A stretch of DNA of 64,000 nt from Hypanus sabinus (Eukaryota): positions 32,054,001 to 32,118,000 of the forward strand of contig NC_082731.1 of assembly GCF_030144855.1 (NCBI RefSeq), written 5' to 3'. The translations under genes and the position numbers were made by a program. Below the pieces are notes generated by a model. The model was not told the origin of the DNA. It saw only the letters and a program-made list of their open reading frames with translations, and did not search any database. Shown here in pieces: positions 45,420 through 58,477 of this stretch; position 1 is the stretch's first letter; every line of letters starts with the position of its first letter.

Positions 45420-48400
45420 ACAATAGGTGCAGAGATAGACCATTCGGCCCTTCGAGCCTGCACCGCCATTTTGAGATCATGGCTGATCAATTACTATCAA
45501 TACCCTGTTCCTGCCTTGGCCCCATATCCCTTGATTCCCCTATCCAGAAGATACCTATCTAGCTCCTTCTTGAAAGCATCCAGAGAATTGGCCTCCACTA
45601 CCTTCCGAGGCAGTGCATTCCAAACCCCCACAACTCTCTGGGAGAAGAAGTTTTTCCTTAACTCTGTCCTAAATGACCTACCCCTTATTCTCAAACCATG
45701 CCCTCTGGTACTGGACTCTCCCAGCATCTGGAACATATTTCCTGCCTCTATCTTGTCCAATCCCTTAATAATCTTATATGTTTCAATCAGATCCCCTCTC
45801 AATCTCCTTAATTCCAGCGTGTACAAACCCAGTCTCTCTAACCTTTCTGCGTAAGACAGTCCAGGCATCCCAGGAATTAACCTTGTGAATCTACGCTGTA
45901 CTTCCTCTACAGCCAGGATGTCCTTCCTTAACCCTGGAGACCAAAACTGTACACAATACTCCAGGTGTGGTCTCACCAGGGCTCTGTACAAATACAAGAG
46001 GATTTCCTTGCTCTTGTACTCAATTCCCTTTGTAATAAAGGCCAACATTCCATTAGCCTTCTTCACTGCCTGCTGCACCTGCTCATTCACCTTCAGTGAC
46101 TGATGAACAAGGACTCCGAGATCTCTTTGTATTTCTCCCTTACCTAACTCTACACCGTTCAGATAATAATCTGCCTTCCTGTTCTTACTCCCAAAGTGGA
46201 TAACTCACACTTATTCACATTAAACGCCATCTGCCAAGTATCTGCCCACTCACCCAGCCTATCCAAGTCACCCTGAATCCTCCTAACATCCTCATCACAT
46301 GTCACACTGCCACCCAGCTTAGTATCATCAGCAAATTTGCTGATGTTATTTTTTATGCCTTCATCCAAATCGTTAACGTAAGTGGTAAACAGCTGTGGTC
46401 CCAATACCGAGCCCTGTGGTACCCCACTAGTCATCACCTGCCATTCCGAGAAACACCTATTCACCGCTACCCTTTGCTTTCTATCTGCCAACCAGTTTTC
46501 TATCCATGTCAATGCCTTCCCCCCCGATGCCCTGAGCTTTGATTTTACCCACCAATCTCCTATGCGGGACCTTATCAAATGCCTTCTGAAAATAGAGGTA
46601 CACTACATCCACTGGATCTCCCCCCGTCTAACTTCCTGGTTACATCCTCGAAAAACTCCAACAGATTAGTCAAGCATGATTTACCCTTGGTAAATCCATG
46701 CTGGCTCGGCCCAATTCTATCACTGCTATCTAGATATGCCACTATTTCATCCTTAATAATGGACGCTAGCATCTTTCCCACCACTGATGTCAGGCTGACA
46801 GGTCAATAGTTCTCTGTTTTCTCCCTCCCTCCTTTCTTAAAAAGTGGGATAACATTAGCCATACTCCAATCCTCAGGAACTGATCCTGAATCTAAGGAAC
46901 ATTGGAAAATGATTACCAATGCGTCCGCAATTTCCAGGGCCACATCCTTTAGTACCCTAGGGTGCAGACCATCTGGACCTGGGGATTTGTCAGCCTTCAG
47001 CCCCATCAGTCTACTCATCACCGTTTCCTTCCTAATGTCAATCTGTTTCATTTCCTCTGTTACCCTATGTTCTTGGCCCATCCATACATCTGGGAGATTG
47101 CTTGTGTCTTCCTTAGTGAAAACAGATCTAAAGTACTCATTAAATTCTTCTGCCATTTCTCTGTTTCCCATAATAATTTCACCCAATTCATTCTTCAAGG
47201 GCCAACGTTGTTCTTAACTATCTTTTTTCTCTTCACATACCTAAAAAAGCTTTTGCTATCTTCCTTTATATTTCTGGCTAGCTTGCGTTCATACCTCATT
47301 TTTTCTCCCCGTATTGTCTTTTTAGTTAAGTTCTGTTGTTCCTTAAAAACTTCCCAATCATCTGTCCTCCCACTCACCTTAGCTCTATCATATTTCCTTT
47401 TTTTTTAATGCTATGCAATCTCTGACTTCCTTTGTCAACCACTGTGGCCCCTTTCCCCCCTTTGATTCCTTCCTTCTCTGGGAGATGAACTGATTTTGCA
47501 CCTTGTGCATTATTCCCAAGAATACCTGCCATTGCTGTTCCACTGTCTTTTCTGCTAGGCTATCCGTCCAGTCAACTTTGGCCAGCTCCTCCCTCATGGC
47601 TCCATAGTTTCCCCTGTTCATCTGCAACACTGACACCTCCGAGCTGCCCTTATCCTTCTCAAATTGCAGATAAAAGCTTATCATATTGTGATCACTACCT
47701 CCTTTCTTTTTCAATCTGTTTATTATTAATAATAATATGAACAAAATACAATTGATATATTAATAAAGGGATTACAAACATACACATTTCCATTGCACAT
47801 GAAAGAATACATAAGCAATGATTACAGTATAAATGAGTATTCCCAAAACATGAACTATACAGTATATATATATATGAACAAGGTAAATCTAGGTATTTCA
47901 TAATATATAATATAAAAAAACAGAAAAAAGAAAAAAAATGTTATGCAAAAATAACTGAACTACTAATCTAATAGCTAATAAAGAAAAAAAAGCAAGCAAA
48001 AAAAAGAAAGAATAACTAGAAAAAGAAAAAAAAGGGCTGTTTATAATATCTCACAAAAATACATAATCATCAGTGTCGTCAACTCCGATCCTCTCAACAT
48101 AAATAAGATTAAAGCTGGAAAATCAAATAGGCTTGGAACAGGGTCATATTACATCATATGTTTTGGTCATGTCCGCTTTTGAAAAAATGTTGGAAAGATA
48201 TTTTTGATATTATCTCTGCGGTATTGAACATCGATTTACAACCCCATCCTATTACTGCAATTTTTGGTTTACCAATGATGGACTTACTTCATTTATCTTC
48301 TTCTGCCTGTCGAATAATTGCATTTCTCACTCTGATGGCTAGAAGATCTATTTCGCTGAATTGGAAGGAAATTAATCCTCCCACTGTATTTCATTGGTTT

Positions 48401-49085
48401 TCTCAAACTACGTTATGTCTAAATTTAGAAAAAATTAGAAGTGGTGTATTTGATACTTCTATTAAATTTGAAAAGATATGGAGATCAGTACCTCCTAATG
48501 GCTCCTTTACTGCGAGATCGCTTATCAAATCCTGTTCATTACATAACACTAAATCCAGAATAGTCTTGTACCTGGTCGGCTCTCGTACAAGCTGTTCTAA
48601 GAGTGCATCCTGTAGGCACTCTACAAACTCCCTATCCTGTGGTCCAGCACCAACCTGATTCTCCCAGTTCACCTGCATGTTGAAATCCCCCATAGCTACT
48701 GCGACATTACCTTTGCCGCATGCCAATGTTAACTCCCTATTCAACTTGCACCCAATATCCATGCTACTGTTTGGTGGCCTGTAGACAACACCCATTCGGG
48801 TCCTTTTGCCCTTACTGTTCCTCAGTTCTATCCACACAGACTCTACTTCTCCTGACCCTATGTCCCCCCTTGCAAAGGACTGAATCTCATTCCTCACCAA
48901 CAGGGCCACCCCACCCCCTCTGCCCACATTTCTGTCCCTACGATAGCACGTATACCCTTGTACATTCATTTCCCAGGTCTGATCTCCCTGCAGCCATGTC
49001 TCCGTTATCCCAACAACATCATAGTTACCCATTCAGACCTGGGCTTCAAGCTCATCCGCCTTATTTCTGACACTTCGTGCATTCA
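45420..49085 (-). mobile_element. Near full-length CR1 ORF2 (endonuclease + RT), interrupted by an L1/Tx1 insertion
   Basis: YDVVGITETW (48403..49032), KSPGPDGLHPRVLK, QHGFTKGKSCLTNLLEFF, GVPQGSVLGPQLF, KFADDTKLGG; the CR1 sequence is continuous across 47703/48497. Confidence 0.9.
47704..48482 (-). mobile_element. 5'-truncated, 5'-inverted L1/Tx1 LINE copy with target-site duplication
   Basis: 3'UTR and AATAAA..GAAAAAGAAA tail on the minus strand (47704-48160); ORF2 C-terminus HMFWSC..KFEKIWR on the plus strand (48155-48482); flanks GATCACTACCTCCT (47690-47703) and GATCAGTACCTCCT (48483-48496). Confidence 0.8.
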
Positions 49086-49779
49086 GATATAGAATTTTAG
49101 CCCATTTCTCCTCTCTCTGTTTGAATCGCTGCCTATTGTGCTTAACCCAGCTCCCCAAACTCCCATCGGGCTATACGCCCCTAGAATTTTGTTGTCCTTC
49201 CTAAATTTACTTATTCTTTCAACACATTTAACTCCATGTTCCGTCAGACCATCCCTCTGTACATGAGTCCTCCTTATCACTTGTTCCGCCCCACCTTCCT
49301 CTACTACACACTTAATATTCCAGAACCGTATAGTCCCCACCTGTCCTTTATTCTTCCTCTCGCTATCGAATGGCTATCTTTATTCTTCCTCTCGCTAATG
49401 TCTAGTGTGAATGGGGTCTTCGATGATGCTGGCTGCTTTACCGAGGCAGCGAGAAGTGTGGACCGAGTCCGTGGAGGTCTGTGATGTGCCGAGGAGTGTC
49501 TCTCAACTCTCTGCCATTTCTCGCGGTCGCGGTCTGCCGTAGCGGTCAGTGATGCACCAGATCAGAATCAGAAACAGGTTTAGTACCAGTCGCATATGGC
49601 ATGAAGTACCAGCTGTACTAGGCAATTCGTACTAAGAGAGAAAAAGAAATCTGTGAATTACAGTACTTCTGTATGTACTAAACAGTTAAAAGTAGTAAAA
49701 ATGGTCAGAAGTGGGATGTTCGCAGGTGACTGCACAATGTTCTGCACCATTTGAGACTCCTCAGGTAGCGAAGCAGTTC

Positions 49780-50565
49780 ACACCCAAACGCAGCAGCAGG
49801 ACCTGGACCATACCCAGGCTTGGGCTGACAAGTGGCAAGTAACATTCGAGCCACGCAAGTGCCAGGAACGACCATCTCCAACAGGAGAGGCTCTCACCAT
49901 CGTCCCTTGACATTCAGTGGCATCACCATCACTGAATCCCCGACTGTCAACATCCTGGGGGGGTTACCATCGACAGGAAACTGAACTGGTCTAGCCATAT
50001 AAACACGTGACTACCAGAGCAGGTCAAAGGCTGGGAATCCTGTGGCGTGTACCTCACCTCCTGACTCCCCAAAGCCTGTCCACCATCTACAAGGCTCAGG
50101 TCAGGAGTGTAATGGAATACTCGCCCCTCGCCTGGATGAGTGCAGCTCCAGCAACACTCAACAAGTTTGACACCATCCAGGAAGCCCATTTGATTAGTAC
50201 CCCTTCCTCAAGCATCCAATCCCCCCACCATCGACGGACAGTTGCCGCAGTGTGTACTGTCTACAAGATGCACTACAGCAACACACCAGAGATCCTAAGG
50301 CAGCACCTTCCAGACCCACGACCATCACCATCTAGAAGGACAAGAACAGCAGATACCTGGGAACACCACCACTTGGAAATCCCCCTCCAAGTCGCTCACT
50401 ATCCTGACTTGGAAACGTATCGCCGTTCCTTCATTGTCGCTCGGTCAAAATCATGGAATCCCCTCCCTAACAGCACCGTGGGTGTACCTACACCTCAGGG
50501 ACTGCAGTGGTTCAAAAGGCAGCTCAATCACCACCTTCTCAAGGGCAACTGGGGATGGGCTTCGT
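49780..50565 (+). mobile_element. LINE RT 3' fragment (CR1/L2 group)
   Basis: LSTIYKAQVRSVMEYSPLAW..RRTVAAVCTVYKMH in ORF 50007..50570. Confidence 0.7.
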
Positions 50566-53349
50566 CCTGACGAAGGGTCTAGGCCTGAAATGTCGACAGT
50601 GCTTCTCCCTATAGATGCTGCCTGGCCTGCTGCGTTCCACCAGCATTTTGTGTGTGTTGTATGGGTAATAAATGCTGGCTTATCTGGCAATCTCACATCC
50701 TGTAAGTGAATAAATAAAAAAATAGAGGAAATTAAAAAATAAAATTTTAATAAAGTGGAAAGGTAATGTTTATGGGTTCAATGTCCATTCAGGAGTCGGA
50801 TGGCAGAGGGGAAGAAGCTGTTCCTGAATCACTGAGTGTGCCTTCAGGCTTCTGTCCCTCCTACTGGACAGTAACAGCGAGAAGAGGACATGTCCTGGGG
50901 GGTGTGGGGGTCCTGAATGAGGGACTCCACTTTTCTGAGGCACTGCTCCATGAGGATGTCCTGGATAGCGCAGAGGCTCGTGCCCATGACTAATAGAAAG
51001 GATGTAGCTGTAGTTCATTGATACAAGAGATGGTGAGGGTCAGTGGGGACAAGCTAAATGTTTCCAGGGGTGAGGTGTGTGCGTAGGTTGTTGACGTTCT
51101 CTCCTAGGGACTGGAAGCTCTCTGCCTCTTGACCTCCACACTGTTGATGTAAACGGGAGCGTGTGCACTGACACCTTTCTGTGAGGTCAGCGGCCAGCCC
51201 TTTTGTTTTGTTGACATTGAGGGAAAGGCTGTTGTCCTGACCAAGCTCGCAATGTTCTCTATCCATTGAACTCTAGTGTTCTGCCCCAATACCTGACTTA
51301 GCACTTCGATCACAGAGCAGCACTTACTGCCCGTTACGCTGCTGGCGTTTGGGGCAGCAGTGTTCAGGGCTTCCTTCATCGTGTCAGTAGCTTAGAACGT
51401 AGAACAGTACAGCACAGGAACAGGCTATTCAGCCCACAATGTTGTGCTAGGCCAGCCAAAAAGCAAATCAGAAACACCCAAATGCTAATCCTCCTACCTA
51501 CACCAAGTCCACATTCCTCCATCTTCCTTACATCCATGTGCCTATTCAAATATCTCTTAAAAGCCTATAAGATATTTGCCTCCACCACCATTCCAGGTGG
51601 CCCATTCCAGGCATCCACCACTCTCTCCTCACATCCTCCTTTGAACACCCCCCGCCCCCCCATCTTCAGTGCAAAACTTACCCTTCGCATCCCTGAGCTG
51701 CCTCTCGGTTATCGCTCCTGTCCCGGGTGGAGACGCAGGAATCCCGTCACACTCAGATGTAGAAGGATTTTTCGTTGCTGCTTCTGGAACAGTTTTGTTT
51801 GACCATTCAGGGTTGTCGGCCCTGAGCTGAACCCCTGAACCTGGAGGACCGGTGGACAGCTCTTAGTCTGGCCTCTGCTGTTTGACCTGTTTGGCATGGG
51901 TGACCCCACCAAGAGCCAAAGCACAAAGCCCTGATTCCAGCCAACATGGCTCTCTGGGTCATTGAGGCACGCGTGCCTCCAAACCCTACGACAAGGTTAT
52001 GGTCCTCTTGAAGGCTAGAACAGGATAAATGGTTGGTTCATGATGTTCTGCTGACCCTTTAACCTACTCTAACATCAATCTAACCCTCCTTTCCAACATA
52101 GCGCTCCATTCTTCTCTCATCCATGAGCCTCTCTCAGAAATCTTTGATTGTCCCTAATATATTTGCCTCCACCACTGCCCCTGATGGGGCATTCCACACA
52201 CCACCACACTCAATTCACCTTAAAATTTTACCCTCTCATACTAGCGATCTCCACCCTGGCAAACAGGTGTTGGATGTCCACTCCATTGATGTCTCTTTTC
52301 ATCTTATACCCCGCTATCAAGTCACCCCTCCTCCTCCTTCACTCCAAAGAGAAACCCCCGGCTCACTAAACCTCTCTTAATTCAGCGGGTGCAGCGTCAT
52401 GGCAAATCTCCTCTGCACCCTCTCTAAAGTTTCCACATCCTTCCCGCAGCAGAGATTTATACTGGCGTTACCCCAGCTAATGGAGAACAACACACCATAG
52501 GCCTCGATAGAGTGGATGCGGAGAGGGTGGGGGAGTCTAGGACCAGAGGACACAGCCTCAGCAGAATAGGGAGGATGAGGAGGAATTTCCTTACCCAGAA
52601 GGTGGTGAATCTGTGGAATTCTTTGCCCCAGGCAGCTGGGGAGGTCAAGTCTTTATGCATATTTAAGGCAGAGGTCGATAGATTCTTGATTGGTCAGGGC
52701 ATGAAGGGACACAGGGAGAAGGCAGGAGACTGACCTCGGGCCCAGTGTTTGGACAATTTGAATACTGGCCCAGATAGATTTGAGAGGCAGGGCGTCAGGA
52801 CCGGAAGCAAGGGTCGGGCCGATTTCGCTTGCTCGCCCACGATGCTCTGTGGCGCTGAGGCCGTGAGGTTGCTCCAGATTTGTGTCTGCTAACAAGATGA
52901 ACTGAGACTGAGGCTTTAGGCCTAGGGATTCGGGTCCAAGGATTCGAAATGCTCTTGCTTTCTTCTGTTGTCTGCATGATTTGTGTTTTCATTTCCTTTC
53001 ACTGCACATCATTTTTTAATTGGGTGTTTGCTTTGTGGCTGCCTGTAAGACACATACTTTGATAATAAATGTAATTTGAACCATTTGAAGTGGGGCTGAG
53101 AGGGAAATTCTATCAGCTATGATGAAATGCCAGAGCAGACTCGATGGGCCAAATGGCCTAATTCTGCTCCTGTAGCTTATGGCCTTATGGTCCTAACATT
53201 GAGGGATTAGATTAGATTCAACTTTATTGTCATTGTGCCAAGTACAGATACAAAGCGAATGAAATGCACTTAGCATCTAACCAGAAATGCGAAGAAGTGT
53301 TATTTACAGAATAACTGTGAATAAAAAGTAAGTGCTACAGCACATAAAT

Positions 53350-53940
53350 ATTAAAGTACTGAGACAGTACAATATGGGTGCAATGCTGCTTAGTGCTGTG
53401 ATGTGAGGCTCAGCAGGGTCAGAGCCTCAGGGAAGAAGCTCTTCCTGAGCCTCCTGGTGTGGGAGTGGAGGCTCCTGTAGCGCCTACCGGATGGGAGGAG
53501 AGTAAAAAGTCCATGGTTAGGGTGATAATGCTTTTCGCCCTGCCCAGGCAGCGTTTATGGTAGATGTTTTCACTGGTGGGCAATTGGGTGCTGATAATAC
53601 GCTGGACAGTTTTCACCACCCGCTGGACTGCTTTGTGGTCTGATACAGGACAATTGCCATACCTCACTGAGATGCAGTTGGTGAGTCTGCTCTCAATGGT
53701 ACAGCGGTAAAAGTCCGTCAGTATCCTGGGACAGAGATGAGCTTTCTTGATGCTCCGCAGGAAATAAAGGCGCTGTTGTGTCTTTTTGATCAGGATGGAG
53801 GAATTCGGGGACCAGGTGAGATCCTTGGAAATGTTGACACCAGGGAATTTGAAGCTTGATACAAGCTCCACTACAGCTCCGTTGATGTAGACGGGGATGT
53901 GAGTATGGCTCATAGCATGCATAAAGTCCACCATGATCTC
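53350..53940 (-). mobile_element. L2-type LINE RT 3' fragment
   Basis: VELVSSFKFPGVNISKDLTWS..IKKTQQRLYFLRSIKK..FYRCTIESRLTNCISVRYGNC. Confidence 0.85.
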
Positions 53941-54228
53941 CTTGGTTTATGGATGTGGACCCCACGATCCCTCCGTTTCTTCTGATTGCTAGGAATCCTG
54001 ATTCCAGCTGCCCAACTTCCCTGCTGCGACCTCAGACAATGCCCCTCGCCATTCACACTCTCTCCAATTTATCACAAACTGACGAACCAGAACCCCAGCT
54101 CAATATTAGGAAGGGCCACAGCACCTGTGGGTACCCCACTGGTCACCAATTTCCTGCCCCTCTGATCACTCACTCACCCTCCTCCTCTCCCTCTTCCTTC
54201 CTTCCAGCCTGTGAACGAGCAGAGGTGG

Positions 54229-54230
<2 letters not shown>

Positions 54231-54271
<41 letters not shown>

Positions 54272-54280
54272 AGAGAGAGG
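54231..54280. repeat. (GA)n microsatellite
   Basis: Direct inspection. Confidence 0.9.
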
Positions 54281-57069
54281 GATTTCAGCCAACAGCGCGA
54301 GACTGGAGAACATTCTCGACCCTGGGCCCCGCAGCAGCTCCTGAAACTCAAACCCGAACTTCCCTGCAGCCGCCGGGTCAGTGGAATCCAGAGAGGGACA
54401 AGGTGTGGCGGTGTCTGGAATGCTCAGCTCTACGTGTACACCTTCCCCACCCCCCATGCGTCTGCCGTGCCTTCCTGTACCCCCGTCTGCACTCTCCACA
54501 CCAGGTAGAACACAGCCAGCTGTCCGTTGGCAGTCCTGTGGCGTGGGGGAATGAAGAACAGACAGCAGCCTTCACGGAAACAGGCCCTTCGGCCCAGAGT
54601 GCCTGTGCTAACCAAAATACCAAATAAAACAAAATGCCTTCTTCCTGGACATGTCTAACAGTTTCTTAAACACCTCTATCATATCTACATCCTCCCTTGG
54701 CAGAATATTCCAGGCGCCCACCACTCTGTGTTAAAAAAGAAGCCCCACTCATCTCCCTTTCATCTTAAATGTGTACCTTGTGGTATTAGACATTACCACC
54801 CTGGGGGATAAAGATACTGGCTGTCTGCACCATCTATGCCTCTCCTAATGATCTCAGGTCTCCCTTCAGCCTCTGCACTGACGTCAGCATGAAACTTCTT
54901 GTTTTTGCAGCAGTGTAACAGTGCAAAAGGCACAAAAGTTACCCCAAATTACAAATAAATAACTGAAAAGAAATAACGAGGACTGTCCCGAACTCTGATG
55001 GTGGAGGGGAAGAAGCTGTTCCTGAATTTCTGACTGTGTGTCTTTGGGCTCCTGTACCTCTTCCCTGATGGTAACAGTGAGAAGAGGGCATGGCCCAGTT
55101 GGCAAAGGGCCTCAGTGGTGGATACCACCTTCCTGAGGCACTACCTCTGGAAGATGTCCTCGATGGTGTCGAGGCTTGTGCTTGTGATGGAGCTGGCCGA
55201 GTCCATTGCCCTCTGCAGCCCACAGACCAGTACCGGCCCCTTGGCCCACACTGCCCTGCCAACCGTTAAGCAGACTCCAGTGTCAACCTCACCCTCCATT
55301 CCCCAAAGGTTACATGAGGAAGAGTGTTTGGGGGTGGGGGGAAGAAGAGAGAAGATACTAAATGGAATGGCAGAGTCCTAATGGGCAAAATGGCCTGGTT
55401 TGCTCCCCTGTCCCTAATGTATCAGCCTTTATCACTGCCCTTGGCAGGAAACTCCATGCAAAGAACTAAACTCTGATACCCCCATCATCTCTCATATTAG
55501 CATTTCCACTCCGGGGAAAATATGCTGGTTATCCACTCTGCCATATCACCTCCCTCCCTCATTCACTCCAAAGAGAAAAGCCTTAGCTTGCTCAACCTTT
55601 CTTCACATCTCATGCTCACTAATTCAGACAGTATCCTGATAAATCTCCTCTGCACCCTCTCTAAAGCTTCTACATCCTTCCTATAATGATGTGCCCACAA
55701 CTGAACACCATATTCCGAATGTGGTCGACATTGTTACTGCCCGTTACACCTCTGACAACGGAGGTCCTCCATCTCTGGCAGTGTTCAGGGCTTCCTCCAT
55801 CATGTCAGTAGTTTCCTCTCCGCTTTCACTACAGTCCTGCAAGTCCTGGGTGGAGATTCAGGAATACTGTCACACTCTGATGCAGGATCCTTTATTGCTG
55901 TTTCTGTACCAATTTTACTTGACAAGTCAGGGCTGTTAGCCCTGAGCTGAACCCCCGAACCTGGAGGACTGGTGGATCACTGGCCTCTGCCCTTTGACCT
56001 CTTTGGCACGGGTGACCCCACCAAGAGCCAGAGCATAAAGTCCTGACTCTAGCCAACATCACTCTCTGGGACATTGAGGCACATAAGCCCCCAAACCCTA
56101 CAACTCTGTGGTCCAACCAGGGTTTTAAGGAGCTGCCAGTGCATCCGGATGCCAGCAGTGCAAATGCTCTCTGTCAGACGGTCTCGGGCATTTGGAAGGG
56201 GACTCAGCTCCTTCCGGCGATTCGCTTCAACAGAGGACACCGGTGAAGGTGGGGATAATCGGATCAGATGGGATGTAGAGACCAGAGGTGACGAGTGGGC
56301 CAAAGGTGGAGAAAGAGGATTGCCCCAGAGTCACACACAAAATGCTGGAGGAACTCAGTAGTCAGGCAGCATCAGTGGAGACGAATAACAAGCTGATGCT
56401 TTGGGCATCATAGAGGGTCACATCCTGAAACGTTATCTTTATTCCTCTCCATAGACTTACCAAGTTCCTCAAGTGTAACGGTGGATTCCCCCCCAAGAGG
56501 GCCACAACCTTGGCGTAGGGTCTGGAGGCTTGTATGCCTCAATGACCTTGGACAGCTACGCTGGCTGGAGTCAGGGCTCGATGCTTTGGCTCTTGGTAGG
56601 GTCACCAGTGCCAAACAGGTCAAAGGGTAGAGGCCAGACTAAGAGTGACCCACCAATCCTCCCGGTCTGGGGGAAATCTGTTCAGGCTAACAACCCTGAC
56701 TGGTCAAACAAAACTTACAGAAAGAGCAATGAAGAATCCTTCCACATCTGAGTGTGACGGTATTCCCGAGACCCCACCCAGAACTTGCATGGCTGACAGT
56801 AGTGAAGACTGAGCTGATAGAAGCCCCAAATGCCAACAGAGATGGAGGACCTTCACTGCTGCCCTAAACACCAGCGTAATGGACAGAGAGCACTCTGCAA
56901 TTCCTGCACCTGCAGGATGTCTTGTGTTAGGATGATCCCATCTCTTCACTCTCCCTCTCCACAATCCATCCTCCACCTTCAACAGGGGGAGAATTGATCG
57001 AGTCCACACCCGAGGCCCCCAGCCCAAGCTCCTATCATGAAAACACACAGCCACCAGTCTGAAAAGACT

Positions 57070-57075
57070 TTTATT
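57070..57075 (-). terminator. Putative PNP polyadenylation signal
   Basis: AATAAA on the minus strand about 1.15 kb after the PNP stop, followed by GT-rich TGTGTGTTTT; motif only. Confidence 0.45.
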
Positions 57076-58225
57076 TTGCTTCTGTGGCGAGTTAAAGACT
57101 TCGCATCGCGAAGAGGAAAGTTAGCATCGTTAAATATAAATTAGTGAGGACTCCCAGACTCCCTCCCAGGTGAAAGGGACACCAAGACCCACAGGTCCTG
57201 TCCTCACCTCTCCCACCCACTCGTGGCAGTGGTGGTGAAAAGACTCCACCCACACAAAAAAGTCTGCCAGGGAGGCAACACTGCTGGTAGGGATTGTGGA
57301 TGCAGATGTCAGCAAAGTCATTTCCCCACGTGGCCCAGGCGACAGGGACTGATCCCACAAAGACGTGGAGTTCGTCATTGTCTTCTCACTTTCAGAAGAC
57401 CCACGTACACAGTAGTACAAAAGACTGAGCAGAACTAAACATAATAAATAAATTTCAAATATATATAGATAGAGTTCAGTGCACAGATCTTGCCCTGAGG
57501 GAGACTGAGAGACACCAGTCAGTAGACAAGATATCCCTCAGGAAGGGGGAGAGAGCGAGCGAGCAGGGGTGGGGACTCTCCACCCTGGAAGTGATCTCTC
57601 ACAAAGGTGGACAGTTCTCTCCCCCTCACCAGCAGACTACAAAAACCTCAGATTAAATAACTATAAACTATATTCTGTCATGATATTAATTTGGTCCCAG
57701 AAATTCTAAGAAGCAAACCGTGTCAATGCAAACAGGCATAGGATTGGGCTTCCCACAACTCAATCATCCAATCGCAAACCTCCTCTCAAACTCCACAGAC
57801 CCCAGTGGTAAATTGGCAGCACGAGGCATCCCCATTGGGGAATTGGACCGTTCGCAGCACCATGGAGCTTCCCCATTGGTCAACTGGACTGCACAAATTA
57901 ACCGGCCACCCCATTGGTAAATGGTTCCCTTGGGATCTCCTGATTAGTCTACTGGATCCATTCCAAGCGACGGGGGGAGCCCATTGGTCAGTTGGAGTCG
58001 GACATCATCACATTGGTGGAAGGGCCTAGCTCCTGGGATGCCTGGAAAAGGAGTGAGAGGTGGTTGGCTGTGGAGAATGAACCATTCCTCCGGAAGCTGG
58101 GAATCAGGTTATTTAATTGTTTCTCTATATCAGAGCTGGGGCAGATTGCGAGGTAAAAAAGGGGTTGTGGGGGGTGGAGTGAAAGGAAGGGAGGGGAGGG
58201 TGGGGTCAAGTCAAGCACAGGACCC

Positions 58226-58443
58226 TCAGGGGGCATTTCTACTGCAGTCCATCCGGGCCACAATGCGGGTCACCAGCTTCTCCAGGATCTGGGCGCTGCG
58301 CTTGCTGGACTGCAGGACCTCCTCATGGTTGGCCCGCTCCTCACTCTCGTAGTCCATCACCGCCTTGTTGGTGACCAGCGACAGCCCCAGGACACGCAGC
58401 TTGCAGTGACGGGCAGTGATCACTTCGTGGGTCGTGCTCATCC
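58226..58443 (-). CDS. PNP: Purine nucleoside phosphorylase, last coding exon (exon 6)
   Basis: ccccag|GG ATG AGC...; [44 protein letters not shown]..-stop; the GMST and SLVTN motifs are PNP-diagnostic. Confidence 0.95.
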
Positions 58444-58477
58444 CTGGGGTGGGGAGGGGGTAGAATTCCACAACAGG

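Noticed and set aside
54378-54632. Minus-strand ORF starting MFYLVFWLAQALWAEG resembling a signal peptide
   Set aside because: Its 5' part overlaps an inverted LINE tail (GAAACAGGCCCTTCGGCCC) and it may depend on a non-ATG start; no domain follows
57443-57455. Plus-strand AATAAA as evidence of a convergent transcript overlapping the PNP 3'UTR
   Set aside because: Sits in an AT-rich patch with no supported plus-strand exon nearby; chance occurrence is likely
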